From positions 42,579-106,578 of the forward strand of contig JBBRUX010000007.1 of the NCBI GenBank assembly GCA_038247415.1: a stretch of DNA of 64,000 nucleotides, written 5' to 3'. Each line of letters starts with the position of its first letter. Within the stretch, counting starts at the first letter, position 1. Of the stretch, positions 30,170 to 39,914 are shown piece after piece. The notes under the pieces are model-generated. The model saw only the letters and a list, made by a program, of their open reading frames with translations, was not told where the DNA came from and did not search any database. Origin of the DNA: Chitinivibrionales bacterium. GTDB lineage: Bacteria; Fibrobacterota; Chitinivibrionia; Chitinivibrionales; WJKA01. The position numbers and the translations under genes are program-made.

Positions 30170-30882
30170 TTATTTATCTCGCACCAGTCGAACCGAGAAA
30201 CCGCAAAACTTGTCGTAGTAGTGCCTGTCAATGGAGTTGTACAAAGCGCCAAACGTGGCCTCGTTTGCTGCGCCATCATTGCTATAAAAGCAGTAGCCTG
30301 GTGTCGTCAGAGCTACCCGCATCTGTCAATCGTGCACTTTTCTTGAGCGTCGCACGTGCTCCTGTAAAGCATCGGGTGCTCAGGGTAATGGAATTACTGT
30401 CCAGAGACTCAACAGGGATCCCTTCAAGAGCCCCGGTTTTTGGATCGCAGAAAAAACCCATGGCAAAATGACCAGCCGGAAGCTTTATGGGAATTTTTAT
30501 GCTCATATCATTGGCTGCATACTCACCCCCGTAGGTCACCGAAATAAGCGGTGTAAGAAAAGTAACGTTTGGCCCGAGAGTATGTTTGATAATTTCGGAA
30601 TAGGAGACGGTAAATGTTTGTGTCTGGGCGAATGAGTTGGCCGGGACATATATTTAATCCACGAAGCGGGTTTGCAGCTTGGGCAACGGTAATATTTCCC
30701 CCTGTTACGTCAATTGAAGTTGTCGAAAGTAGTATCGAAGGGGTGGTTTCGATAACCGGACTGGTTGGAATGGTATCGGTCGATCGGGGGTTGACAAGAT
30801 CATCCTTCTCGGTACACGTTAAAAATTAAAACGGCATTAAAAAGAGAACAATAAAAGCAATTTGGTAATACTGTTGTTTCAA
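30170..30882 (-). pseudogene. Relic of a large FISUMP (Fib_succ_major) domain lipoprotein
   Basis: TTG start with GGAG RBS and a signal peptide interrupted by TAA before FLTC; ends PGYCFYSND...FGALYN...GFSVRLVRDK*, the two ends of a FISUMP domain with the middle deleted. Confidence 0.72.
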
Positions 30883-31171
30883 ATAACTCCATTATTTGAG
30901 GCTCATTCAAAATTCGTTGCGGCGGGATAAATTTACGCCCATTTTGCTCTGCCGTCCTCTGCTGACGGGCTCTTCCGGCCACACCACTTTCTAGAAAATA
31001 ACTGTTGTGATGCCTAAAATCAACGAAAAAGGCAGAGGAGCATGAGCCTAAGCGCTGCGTATTTGCGATGTATGGAAAATAGGAAATGCAGAAGTTCATC
31101 TGCTTAAAAAACATTCAAATTGATTGAAGGTGTGCTGAGTTGAACATCTGATATTTACAAGCTCGAGGCTA

Positions 31172-31188
31172 TTGCAAATAAATTGCAT
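31172..31188. promoter_or_regulatory. Putative Fur/Zur operator
   Basis: Palindrome TGCAA-N5-TTGCA about 45 bp upstream of the Fur-family gene heading the metal-uptake operon. Confidence 0.6.
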
Positions 31189-31232
31189 TAGCAACTCAGC
31201 AGCAATTATTTTATTATGCAGGAGAATTTCTT

Positions 31233-31679
31233 ATGACTGCCGATCCGAATTTCATAGAAAACCACCTTTCAATTTTACGAAATCAAGGCTGCAGGATTAC
31301 CCCTATTGTAACTGCGGTTCTCAATCATTTATGCGGGAATCACAAGGTTCGGACTGCAAGTGAGCTTCAGCTTGAAATCAGTAGCAGTCTGGGTTATGAA
31401 GTGGGTAGTCCCACGGTATACAGAATTTGCGAACGATTGGCTAAAAGCGGCGTGCTTTGCTCAATGCACAGCTCAGACGGAATCATGCGTTATTTTATCT
31501 GTGGCAATCCCGGCAATGTCAACCATCTGCATTTTATTTGTACTCGGTGCAAAGAAGTTCAAGAAGTTGAATGCCGTATCAATGAGCAAATAACAGCCCA
31601 TGTCAAATCGAAATTAGGAGCAGTAGTGTCGGCTAATTTTGTTCAGGTTGAAGGGTTGTGTGAAGAGTGCAATGCATGA
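31233..31679 (+). CDS. Fur-family transcriptional repressor (Zur-like by context)
   Basis: RIT..., PTVYR, HLHFICTRC, GLCEEC. Confidence 0.88.
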   Translation: MTADPNFIENHLSILRNQGCRITPIVTAVLNHLCGNHKVRTASELQLEISSSLGYEVGSPTVYRICERLAKSGVLCSMHSSDGIMRYFICGNPGNVNHLHFICTRCKEVQEVECRINEQITAHVKSKLGAVVSANFVQVEGLCEECNA

Positions 31680-31951
31680 AAAAACACATAAATAGTATCG
31701 CAAAAATAGGGCTGGCCTTTTATCTGGCTCTTCTATTTGCAATAGTAATGCCCAATCACCACCACCAGGACAATACAGAACACGCTGATTGCGTGGTTTG
31801 CATAATCGCCAATCAACCTGCGCTGGTTGCCATAGCCATTGCTCTGGCCATTATAGTTAGTCTCCTTATCATCAGATTTGTTCTTCCTGTAACAATTTTT
31901 TTCTGCCAAACCCCCGTTTCGTTTCAATCCCGCGCGCCGCCACTTCTGTAA
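31676..31951 (+). CDS. DUF2946-like leader protein with CxxC and RAPP motifs
   Basis: Signal/TM segment, PNHHHQDNTEHADCVVC, C-terminal SRAPPLL; ATGA overlap with fur. Confidence 0.75.
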   Translation: MKKHINSIAKIGLAFYLALLFAIVMPNHHHQDNTEHADCVVCIIANQPALVAIAIALAIIVSLLIIRFVLPVTIFFCQTPVSFQSRAPPLL

Positions 31952-32038
31952 GTTTTCAATCTATGATTCCTAATGCAGTGCCGCCTTTCTTCGAGGAGAG
32001 CGCGACGTTTCTATCTATTTACATAGTGGAGGATTGAT

Positions 32039-33103
32039 ATGTTTTCAAAATATTTGAACGTACTTGCTATTTTAATATTCATGTGTCAATTGTTGCCGTT
32101 TGAGGTCAAGGCTGGTGTAACAAATCCGGATCTTTCCGCAATCGGTCAGGTTATTGGAACGTATACAAATGATACCTTTGTCGAAGCGCACGATAAATTC
32201 GCACTCACACTCGGCGAAGCCGAAATTGTTCTCGATGCGTCACTCAATCCCTATTTCAATGGCGCATTCGTGCTTTCTATTGGCGAGGAAGGTATTGAAG
32301 TCGAAGAGGCGTATGCTTCAATGATTCGGGGACTTCCATTAAACCTTGCTCTTAAAGCGGGTAAATATCGTTTGAATTTCGGCAAACTTAATCAGGTACA
32401 TCCGCACGCATATCCATTCCTCCGGGCGCCACGGATACTTGCTCCTGATGGTGCAAAGCTCTTACCCGGCGAAGAAAGTTTCAATGACATTGCAGTTGAG
32501 GCATCTGCGTTGATTCCGGTTGTTGGGAGCTGGGCAACCATATTGTCAGCGGATTTCCTCGGAGGTGGATCGTTTCACCCCGAAGAACCAGCGATCGCTC
32601 AAGGATGGCTTGCGCATGTGTCAAATACATTCAGTATTGATCCGGCGAATTTCGATATTGGCGCATCGGCTACCCAGGGTATAAACAATGCTGCCGCAAA
32701 AACTCAGACGACGGTGATCGGTCTCGATGCAAAAGCAAAAATAGCGGTGACACCTGCCTATTCGTTGACTTTTGGAAGTGAGTATCTCTACAAGCTGGCG
32801 GAGATCGCGGATACTGCGGGTGTTAAAAGCCGAGATGATCGCTACGGGGTTTACGCATATGTCAACAACCAGTTTTTTACCCGGTATAATGTCGGAGTCC
32901 TTTACGAACAGTATCAGAATCCCGATGATCGCAACGTGATCGATCGGTCGATCAAACCGTTCGTGGGATTCGCTGTGCTTGAGGAAAGTACTCTGCTGAG
33001 GGCTTCCTACGAATACTTTATTGCAGGTAATGCTCAGAAGACAAGTACCGTTGAAGTGCAACTGCTGTTCAGCATGGGTCCCCATAAAGCGCACCATTTT
33101 TAA
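32039..33103 (+). CDS. Outer-membrane protein associated with zinc uptake
   Basis: Signal peptide, NPDLSAIG, EVEEAY, KAGKYRLNFGKLNQVHPH, C-terminal GPHKAHHF. Confidence 0.78.
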   Translation: MFSKYLNVLAILIFMCQLLPFEVKAGVTNPDLSAIGQVIGTYTNDTFVEAHDKFALTLGEAEIVLDASLNPYFNGAFVLSIGEEGIEVEEAYASMIRGLPLNLALKAGKYRLNFGKLNQVHPHAYPFLRAPRILAPDGAKLLPGEESFNDIAVEASALIPVVGSWATILSADFLGGGSFHPEEPAIAQGWLAHVSNTFSIDPANFDIGASATQGINNAAAKTQTTVIGLDAKAKIAVTPAYSLTFGSEYLYKLAEIADTAGVKSRDDRYGVYAYVNNQFFTRYNVGVLYEQYQNPDDRNVIDRSIKPFVGFAVLEESTLLRASYEYFIAGNAQKTSTVEVQLLFSMGPHKAHHF

Positions 33104-33127
33104 CATTCATCAATAGGAGAGAATATC

Positions 33128-34027
33128 ATGAAATCATTTTCAAGAAACGTATGGTCACGTGCTATCGGGGCTTTGCTTCTGATCGTTTCGAGCGGCAGTG
33201 CCGCGATTCGTGTCGTTGCAGCAACACCCGATCTCGGATCGATTGCGGCATACATTGGGGCTGACAAAGTGGAGGTTTCGTCGATTGCCAAGGCAAACTC
33301 CAACCCGCACTCTGTTGAAGTATTCCCCTCATTCATGGCGAAAGTATCTCAGGCCGCTATCTACCTCAAATCTGGTTTGGGGCTTGATCAGTGGTCCGAT
33401 GCTATAATCGACGGTTCCCGAAACAATAAACTGCGAGTCGTTGATTGCGCAAACGGTGTTGCTGTTCTTGAGAAGCCGACCAAAGTTGACGCATCCATGG
33501 GCGATGTTCATCCATTTGGCAATCCACATTACTGGCTCGATCCGCGAAACGGCATTATTGCCGGTCAGAATATCCTCGGTGCGCTGAAGTCCGCAGACCC
33601 TTCCAATGCATCCCTTTACGAAAGTAATTTCGCAACATTTAAAACAGAATGCGAAAGAAAATTTTCAGGATGGCAAACGACCATGAAACCACTCGCAGGC
33701 AGAAAAATCATTACCTACCATTCCTCATGGGCCTATTTTGCCAATGCATTTCAGTTATCTATTATCGAGCATATTGAACCGTTCCCCGGCATTCCTCCTA
33801 CGGGAAATCATCTTGCTCAACTTGTCGATGTAATCAAAAAGGAGAATGTCGCATTAATTCTTCAAGAACCTTACTTTCCGGATGATGCTCCGAAATTTCT
33901 GAATCGTCAAACAGGTATCAAAATATTCAAGTGCGCTCCATCCTGCTCTGATGTTAAACCTTCGGCGTATCTAATGCATTTTAACGAAATTATTAGTCAA
34001 CTATCGACCGTTGCCGGAGACAAATAA
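33128..34027 (+). CDS. Zn/Mn ABC transporter substrate-binding protein (ZnuA/TroA family)
   Basis: NPHSVE, GDVHPFGNPHYWLDP, TYHSSWAYF. Confidence 0.93.
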   Translation: MKSFSRNVWSRAIGALLLIVSSGSAAIRVVAATPDLGSIAAYIGADKVEVSSIAKANSNPHSVEVFPSFMAKVSQAAIYLKSGLGLDQWSDAIIDGSRNNKLRVVDCANGVAVLEKPTKVDASMGDVHPFGNPHYWLDPRNGIIAGQNILGALKSADPSNASLYESNFATFKTECERKFSGWQTTMKPLAGRKIITYHSSWAYFANAFQLSIIEHIEPFPGIPPTGNHLAQLVDVIKKENVALILQEPYFPDDAPKFLNRQTGIKIFKCAPSCSDVKPSAYLMHFNEIISQLSTVAGDK

Positions 34028-34028
34028 A

Positions 34029-34871
34029 ATGATGCTGTTCCACTACTCATTCATGCTGCCTGCGCTTGTTGTCTGCCTTATTTTGGCCGGGATTCATACC
34101 TATTTCGGGTATCATATCGTGCGTCGAGGGGTTATCTTTGTTGATCTCTCGTTATCACAAATCGCAGCCCTTGGCGCATGCGTTGCCCTGCTGCTGGGAT
34201 GGGGAGAAAACGATCCAGGCAAAGCGTTTGTTATGAGTTTGGCCTTTACTTTTGGTGGTGCAGTCCTATTCGCATTACTGAGAAGAAGTCAGAAAATTGT
34301 TCCAATGGAAGCGCTCATCGGTATTGCCTACGCCGGAGCGATTGCCGTATCGCTGCTTTTGTTGGAAAAATCAGCAACCGGAACGGAACATATCAAGGAG
34401 ATGTTGGTGGGAACCATTCTCACGGTTTCTTGGTATGATGTCATCCAGCTTGGTGCGATTGTTCTGGTTGTAGGGATAATTCATGCCGTGTTCTTTAAAC
34501 GATTTCTTCATTTATCGGAAAATGCTGATTCTACCGGCAAAGGGCAAGCGGGAATCCTGTTGTGGGACATTATCTTTTATGCGACCTTCGGCATTGTCGT
34601 GACGTCATCTGTCAAGATTGCCGGTGTTGTGCTCATTTTTTCTTTGCTGACTATCCCGGCGGTTACGGCCATGATCTGCAGCGCAGGTACGATTCGGCGT
34701 ATTGTATTGGGTTGGATTTTTGGTCTTGCTGGATGCATGCTTGGATTAGAACTTTCCCTCCGGATTGACTCTGCGGCAGGGCCATCGATCATCACGACGT
34801 TGCTGGCGATAATGCTGCTGGTCGCCGCTATCAGTCCAATGATGAGAAGAATTCGGGCTGGGGGTAAATGA
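34029..34871 (+). CDS. Zn/Mn ABC transporter permease
   Basis: HTYFGYHIVRRGVIFVDLSLSQIAALG and multiple TM helices. Confidence 0.9.
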   Translation: MMLFHYSFMLPALVVCLILAGIHTYFGYHIVRRGVIFVDLSLSQIAALGACVALLLGWGENDPGKAFVMSLAFTFGGAVLFALLRRSQKIVPMEALIGIAYAGAIAVSLLLLEKSATGTEHIKEMLVGTILTVSWYDVIQLGAIVLVVGIIHAVFFKRFLHLSENADSTGKGQAGILLWDIIFYATFGIVVTSSVKIAGVVLIFSLLTIPAVTAMICSAGTIRRIVLGWIFGLAGCMLGLELSLRIDSAAGPSIITTLLAIMLLVAAISPMMRRIRAGGK

Positions 34872-34922
34872 GGCTTGGGAAGCATTATGTATCACAATCA
34901 ACACTTTTAAAAGGATATTTTC

Positions 34923-35801
34923 ATGAATCGGATTTTTCGTTTCGGGTTGCTCGTAATGACTATTGCCGCAGCACTATGGGCAAATGATGCAGCAAAACAA
35001 AATGATCGCATTATCCTTGCCTCGTTTTATCCTATGTACATCACTACTCTCAACGTAGCGCAGGGCGTGCCTGGTGTCAATGTTGTCAATATGACAAAAC
35101 CGCAAACCGGTTGTCTGCATGATTATCAAGTGACGCCTCAGGATATGAAGACAATTTCCACTGCATGGGCATTTGTTGCAAATGGCGCAGGCATGGAATC
35201 GTTCATTGACAAAGCTGTTAAGCAGTCACCACAGCTGAACGTCATTGATGCGAGTAAAGGAATCGAGTTGATAAAAGGTGATGGTGAAGAAGGGGATAAT
35301 CCGCATGTATGGGTATCAGTCTCGTCGGCAATTGACCAGGTAAAAAATGTGGCAGAGGGATTGTCGGTAATTGATACTGCAAATGCCGCAAAATACCGTG
35401 TCAACGCCGACGTCTATATTGTCAGGTTGCAAGAGCTCCGGAAGAAAATGCATGAAGGTCTCGCGAGTATCTCTTCTCGCGACATTATCACTTTTCACGA
35501 GGCTTTTCCCTATTTCGCGAAAGAGTTCAATCTTACTATCGTAGCGGTAATTGAGCGTGAGCCCGGTTCCGAACCGAGCGCAGGAGAACTTGCCGAAACA
35601 GTAAAGATTGTCAAATCGCATAAGGTTAAAGCCCTCTTTGCAGAACCGCAATATCCTGCAAAGGCGGCACAGACCATTGCGCGCGAGACAGGCGCAAAGC
35701 TCCATGTCCTTGATCCGGCAGTGACAGGTTCTGCCACGCCCGACGCTTACATCCGGATAATGGAATCGAATCTTGCTGTGCTGCAGGAAGCCCTGAAATA
35801 G
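34923..35801 (+). CDS. Second Zn/Mn ABC substrate-binding protein
   Basis: ASFYP, TGCLHDYQ, NGAGME, NPHVWVS, FHEAFPYF. Confidence 0.93.
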   Translation: MNRIFRFGLLVMTIAAALWANDAAKQNDRIILASFYPMYITTLNVAQGVPGVNVVNMTKPQTGCLHDYQVTPQDMKTISTAWAFVANGAGMESFIDKAVKQSPQLNVIDASKGIELIKGDGEEGDNPHVWVSVSSAIDQVKNVAEGLSVIDTANAAKYRVNADVYIVRLQELRKKMHEGLASISSRDIITFHEAFPYFAKEFNLTIVAVIEREPGSEPSAGELAETVKIVKSHKVKALFAEPQYPAKAAQTIARETGAKLHVLDPAVTGSATPDAYIRIMESNLAVLQEALK

Positions 35802-35808
35802 AGGTTTA

Positions 35809-36630
35809 ATGATGAAAGACAATAATCAAAATGCCAACCCTGGTCTCGTGTGCGGCGCATGCTGCACTCGTCTTGAAAACGTCGGGGTATCATTTGGAAA
35901 GAATGAGGTGCTTAAGGGGATTAATCTGCATATCCACTGCGGGCAACTCGCGGCGATCATTGGGCCAAATGGCGCGGGAAAAACAACGTTGTTCCGAGCT
36001 ATCCTTGGCGAAATTCCATACACCGGAACTATCCACAATGAATTGTCTGATGTTAAAAGCATGCGTAAATTGACGATGGGGTATGTGCCGCAGCGGCTGG
36101 ATTTCGATGCATCGTCCCCGGTGTCGGTACTCGACCTGTTTTCGGCATCACTCTCATCCCGTCCTGTCTGGTTGGGCCATAGTTCAATTGTAAAAAACCA
36201 GGCAATTCACGCTTTGGAAAGTGTAGATGCAAAACACCTTATTCATGCCCGGCTGGGGACTCTTTCCGGTGGGCAACTTCAACGGGTGCTTCTTGCCCTG
36301 GCACTTACGCCAATTCCAGACCTGTTGCTGCTGGATGAGCCGGTTTCGGGCGTTGACCCGTCGGGCATAGAACTGTTCTATCGCATGGTGTCGGAACTCA
36401 GGCGAACCTATCATCTGGCAGTGCTCCTTATTTCACACGACTGCGCAATCGCCGGCCGCTATGCAGACCGAATGCTTTTTCTTAATCAAGCAGTACTCTG
36501 CGACGGGAAGCCAGCAGATGTTCTACGCAACGATATCGTTGTGAAGACATTTGGATCGATTGCAGTAACGGATCTTCCACGAACTAACGAGCCGTCTCCT
36601 GTCTGCGATATAACTGGCAAGGAGGTATAA
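35809..36630 (+). CDS. Metal ABC transporter ATP-binding protein
   Basis: GPNGAGKT, GYVPQ, LSGGQLQR, LLLDEP; Cys-rich N-terminus CGACC. Confidence 0.94.
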   Translation: MMKDNNQNANPGLVCGACCTRLENVGVSFGKNEVLKGINLHIHCGQLAAIIGPNGAGKTTLFRAILGEIPYTGTIHNELSDVKSMRKLTMGYVPQRLDFDASSPVSVLDLFSASLSSRPVWLGHSSIVKNQAIHALESVDAKHLIHARLGTLSGGQLQRVLLALALTPIPDLLLLDEPVSGVDPSGIELFYRMVSELRRTYHLAVLLISHDCAIAGRYADRMLFLNQAVLCDGKPADVLRNDIVVKTFGSIAVTDLPRTNEPSPVCDITGKEV

Positions 36631-36632
36631 GC

Positions 36633-37472
36633 ATGCTGGTATGGACATCGCTGGTGTCGACGCTTCCCTTTGAGTGGGCACAATTCGGATTTATGCAAAA
36701 CGCATTGCTGGCTGTGCTTATTGTTACACCACTTTTCGCATTCCTTGGTTGCATGGTTATCAACAATCAGATGGCATTCTTCTCGGATGCGATCGGGCAT
36801 TCCGCGCTTACCGGTATAGCGATTGGAGTGATTGTTGGTCTTGCCAACCCTCTTTGGGCAATGGCGCTGTTTGCTTTACTGCTTGCGGTAGGAATCACCA
36901 TTCTACGCCGCTACAGTGCCGCATCAAGTGATACGGTAATCGGGATTGTCATGTCCTTCACTGTTGCGCTGGGTATTGTCATTTTGTCTCGTGGCGGCGG
37001 TTTCAACCGGTATTCGAGATATTTAATTGGAGACCTTCTCAGCATCACACCCGCTGAAATCGTTATGCTGTGTATCGTTACTGTTGTTTTCCTGACTATT
37101 TGGGTAACCCTGTTTAACCGGATATTTCTCGTCTCTATCAATACGTCACTTGCACGCAGCAGAAAAATACCTGTCTGGATTACCCAGGGGTTGTTCGCAT
37201 CGATCACTGCACTCATAGTTACCCTGAGCATTCAATGGGTTGGAATCCTTGTGATAAACGCACTCATCATTCTCCCTGCAACTGCGTCGCGCAATGTGGC
37301 GAAATCCATGAAGGAATATCTCTGGTTTTCCGCGCTTATAAGCGTGATCGCGGGTGTTTCAGGGCTGATAGCATCGTACTATATGTCAACAGCCACCGGC
37401 GCTACGATAGTACTCTTTTCAATGATATTCTACGTATGCTCCCTTATTGGCGGAAAGATACGGGGAAGATAG
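36633..37472 (+). CDS. Metal ABC transporter permease (ZnuB/MntB family)
   Basis: FMQNAL, MAFFSDAIGHSALTG, YLIGDLLSIT. Confidence 0.93.
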   Translation: MLVWTSLVSTLPFEWAQFGFMQNALLAVLIVTPLFAFLGCMVINNQMAFFSDAIGHSALTGIAIGVIVGLANPLWAMALFALLLAVGITILRRYSAASSDTVIGIVMSFTVALGIVILSRGGGFNRYSRYLIGDLLSITPAEIVMLCIVTVVFLTIWVTLFNRIFLVSINTSLARSRKIPVWITQGLFASITALIVTLSIQWVGILVINALIILPATASRNVAKSMKEYLWFSALISVIAGVSGLIASYYMSTATGATIVLFSMIFYVCSLIGGKIRGR

Positions 37473-37473
37473 G

Positions 37474-38475
37474 ATGCAAACGACCCTCAATGACCTAACC
37501 GTTCTTTTTCTCAGCATTCTGCTGGAGGCGCTCCCTTTTGTGCTACTTGGTTCTGTAATCGCTGCGGCCATCGGGATGTTCGTCTCAGAGAACCTTTTGT
37601 ACAGGTTGATCCCGAAGAACCGGTTGGCGGGTCTGGTTGTCGTTTCTTTTATGGGTATCGCGTTTCCAGTGTGCGACTGCACCGTTATTCCCATCATGCG
37701 ACGGCTGATCCGCAAAGGACTGCCGCCGTCCCTCGCAATAGCGTTCATGTGCAGTGTACCTATTGTAAATCCAGTAGTCATCGCCTCAACGTATTGGGCT
37801 TTTGCAGGTCAGCCGCATATAGTCTGGCTTCGCATGATAGTGGGATTGAGTACTGCAATCGCGGCTGGATTCATAGTGAGCAAAGTGACTCGCGATGTAA
37901 ACCCGCTTCTTGATGAAGCACACACAAAAATGCCGCAACACACCTGTTCGTGCGGTGAAGCGCATCATGACCACGCACACGTGCATGCAGGATGTGCATG
38001 TGGCAGCCATCATCATGACTCTATTCATAAAAAGGCCGAAGAAACACGCTGGAATAGCCTATCCAATAAAGTGCATGGTTTCCTGGCCCATGTGACCAAC
38101 GAGTTTATTGACAGCGCATCGCTCATCGTTATCGGTGCCTTTCTGTCAGCGGCGATCCAAATGCTCGTTCCCCGCACAATCATGTATCCGGTGGCCGCAT
38201 CGCCGGTTGCCTCGGTTGCATCAATGATGGGATTTACCTGGTTGATTTCTCTTTGCGCAAACGCAGACGCATTTGTGGCAAAATCATTTTATGGACTTTT
38301 CACCACTGGTGCGGTAATAGCGTTTATGACATTCGGACAAATGATTGATTTGAAAAACACCATGGTAATGTTAGGTTTTTTCAAGAAAAGATTCATTGTC
38401 ACCACCGTCATCATTATCAGCATTCTATGCTTGATGTGGGGTGTCACCATCAATCTTTTAGGGAGGGGCGCATGA
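37474..38475 (+). CDS. DUF318 (ArsP_1-type) permease with His/Cys-rich loop
   Basis: EALPFVLLG, FPVCDC, PIVNP, HTCSCGEAHHDHAHVHAGCACGSHHHD, SLCANADAFVA. Confidence 0.9.
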   Translation: MQTTLNDLTVLFLSILLEALPFVLLGSVIAAAIGMFVSENLLYRLIPKNRLAGLVVVSFMGIAFPVCDCTVIPIMRRLIRKGLPPSLAIAFMCSVPIVNPVVIASTYWAFAGQPHIVWLRMIVGLSTAIAAGFIVSKVTRDVNPLLDEAHTKMPQHTCSCGEAHHDHAHVHAGCACGSHHHDSIHKKAEETRWNSLSNKVHGFLAHVTNEFIDSASLIVIGAFLSAAIQMLVPRTIMYPVAASPVASVASMMGFTWLISLCANADAFVAKSFYGLFTTGAVIAFMTFGQMIDLKNTMVMLGFFKKRFIVTTVIIISILCLMWGVTINLLGRGA

Positions 38476-39233
38476 ACTTCAGCGAATTCAATAAGCATGC
38501 GCGGCTTCTGACTCTCGCATGCGTGTGCGTTGCATTATATGCGGTAATAAACTCGGGCAAGATTCTCCTGTTCCTGCATCCACGATCACTGCTGCTTATA
38601 AAAATCGGATGGATCGTTCTTGTCGCCTTGACCCTTAATGAATTGAAAACATTCCTGGGGCAAAACAGCAGAATAAAATTGGATTGGCGCTATTTCGCTC
38701 TCATGTTTCCGATTCTTGCAGTGCTGTATGTGAACCCGACTGGCCTTTCTTCTCGGATAGCCGTACAGAAGGGCGTTTCGTCCATGGCATTGACAGCAAA
38801 TCGCAACACGCCACTTCCCCAATGTCTTGTTAGAGATACTGCTGGGCCTGTTGCTTATACGATAAAAGATGATTCAATGTACGCGCAACTTGACCGTCTA
38901 TATGCCGATCCTGTAAAGCATGTCGGAGAAATAATTACGATGTTAGGGTTTGTCGCACCTGATACAATCCTTGGGAGAAAGAGCTTCTTTCTTGCCCGAA
39001 TGATGGTTGCTTGTTGCGCTGCCGATGGCATGCCCATAGGCTTTTATTGTGCTACCGATTCGACGATTGGAATCCATGAAAATGACTGGGTTATTTTGAC
39101 AGGAAAGCTGGAAACCCGCTCGGTAAAGTTTCCCTGGAATACAGACAAAAAAACAATCCCGTTGCTTAAGATGATATCAGTGAAGAAAGCAACCAAACCA
39201 CAAAATGAATATGTTTATCCGGTGGCGTATTGA
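38472..39233 (+). CDS. TIGR03943/DUF1980 family membrane protein
   Basis: FLHPR, GFV, RMMVACCAAD, PQNEYVYP; usual partner of DUF318. Confidence 0.87.
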   Translation: MNFSEFNKHARLLTLACVCVALYAVINSGKILLFLHPRSLLLIKIGWIVLVALTLNELKTFLGQNSRIKLDWRYFALMFPILAVLYVNPTGLSSRIAVQKGVSSMALTANRNTPLPQCLVRDTAGPVAYTIKDDSMYAQLDRLYADPVKHVGEIITMLGFVAPDTILGRKSFFLARMMVACCAADGMPIGFYCATDSTIGIHENDWVILTGKLETRSVKFPWNTDKKTIPLLKMISVKKATKPQNEYVYPVAY

Positions 39234-39240
39234 TAACAAT

Positions 39241-39453
39241 TCAATGCCATAGACTTGACAAAGATGTGAATGATTTACTGATGCACACACTGCCTGATTT
39301 GTCATCCAGAGCCGAAATTCTCCATGTCAGTCTGGGAGCTGTTTGGAACACGTTTCGCAGTGGAGATGTCTTGCTGGTGAATACAGAAAGCACTTCACTA
39401 TTTCCGTTTTTGAAAAATGAGTAGGCATTCGTATCTATAAGAATTTTTTTCAT
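39241..39453 (-). pseudogene. Truncated VapC/PIN toxin
   Basis: MKKILIDTNAYSFFKNG matches a PIN N-terminus; similarity is lost after about 25 residues. Confidence 0.72.
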
Positions 39454-39707
39454 TGCCAATCAGCCTTGTCAATTTTTTCGAAATCTGATACTGCTGCATC
39501 AAACTGCTGTTTTTCTTTCGCACTCCAGGTTCCGCATAACTCTTCGAACTGATGACGGTGTGGCTGAGAAACCTTTTTGGCAACGCCTAACGACTGCTCC
39601 AGGAGCTCTTTAATGATCTGGTTTATGCTATAACCGGCATTGTGAGCCCGTGTCTTGAGCAACTGGTAAACTGAATCATCGATACCGTGAATAGATAATG
39701 ACCGCAT
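39450..39707 (-). CDS. Antitoxin (FitA/VapB-like, ribbon-helix-helix)
   Basis: MRSLSIHGIDD..LK.RA...G.SINQ, LCGTWS..E...FD, EKID...W; ATGA overlap with the PIN fragment. Confidence 0.82.
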   Translation of the reverse strand: MRSLSIHGIDDSVYQLLKTRAHNAGYSINQIIKELLEQSLGVAKKVSQPHRHQFEELCGTWSAKEKQQFDAAVSDFEKIDKADWQ

Positions 39708-39914
39708 AGTTCCTCCTATAAAAATCAGCATCATAAGTATACATCATTTTACGAACCATAATCAAAAATTTTGAATCACCATTAAACATCGTTAAACTTT
39801 CGATTAAACATGTAATAATCATGATTCCTGATGGTTGCGGAATCGTACAGTCCTCTCTTTCCCGTTTGTTCAAGAATGCTCATTTCCACTCTTGAAATCG
39901 CTAAAGCATTATGT

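Noticed and set aside
30900..31140. Hairpins upstream of the FISUMP relic as a riboswitch
   Set aside because: No recognisable aptamer consensus; an Rfam search would be needed.
39230..39424. 64-aa plus-strand ORF after TIGR03943
   Set aside because: No recognisable motif and it overlaps the PIN relic on the opposite strand.
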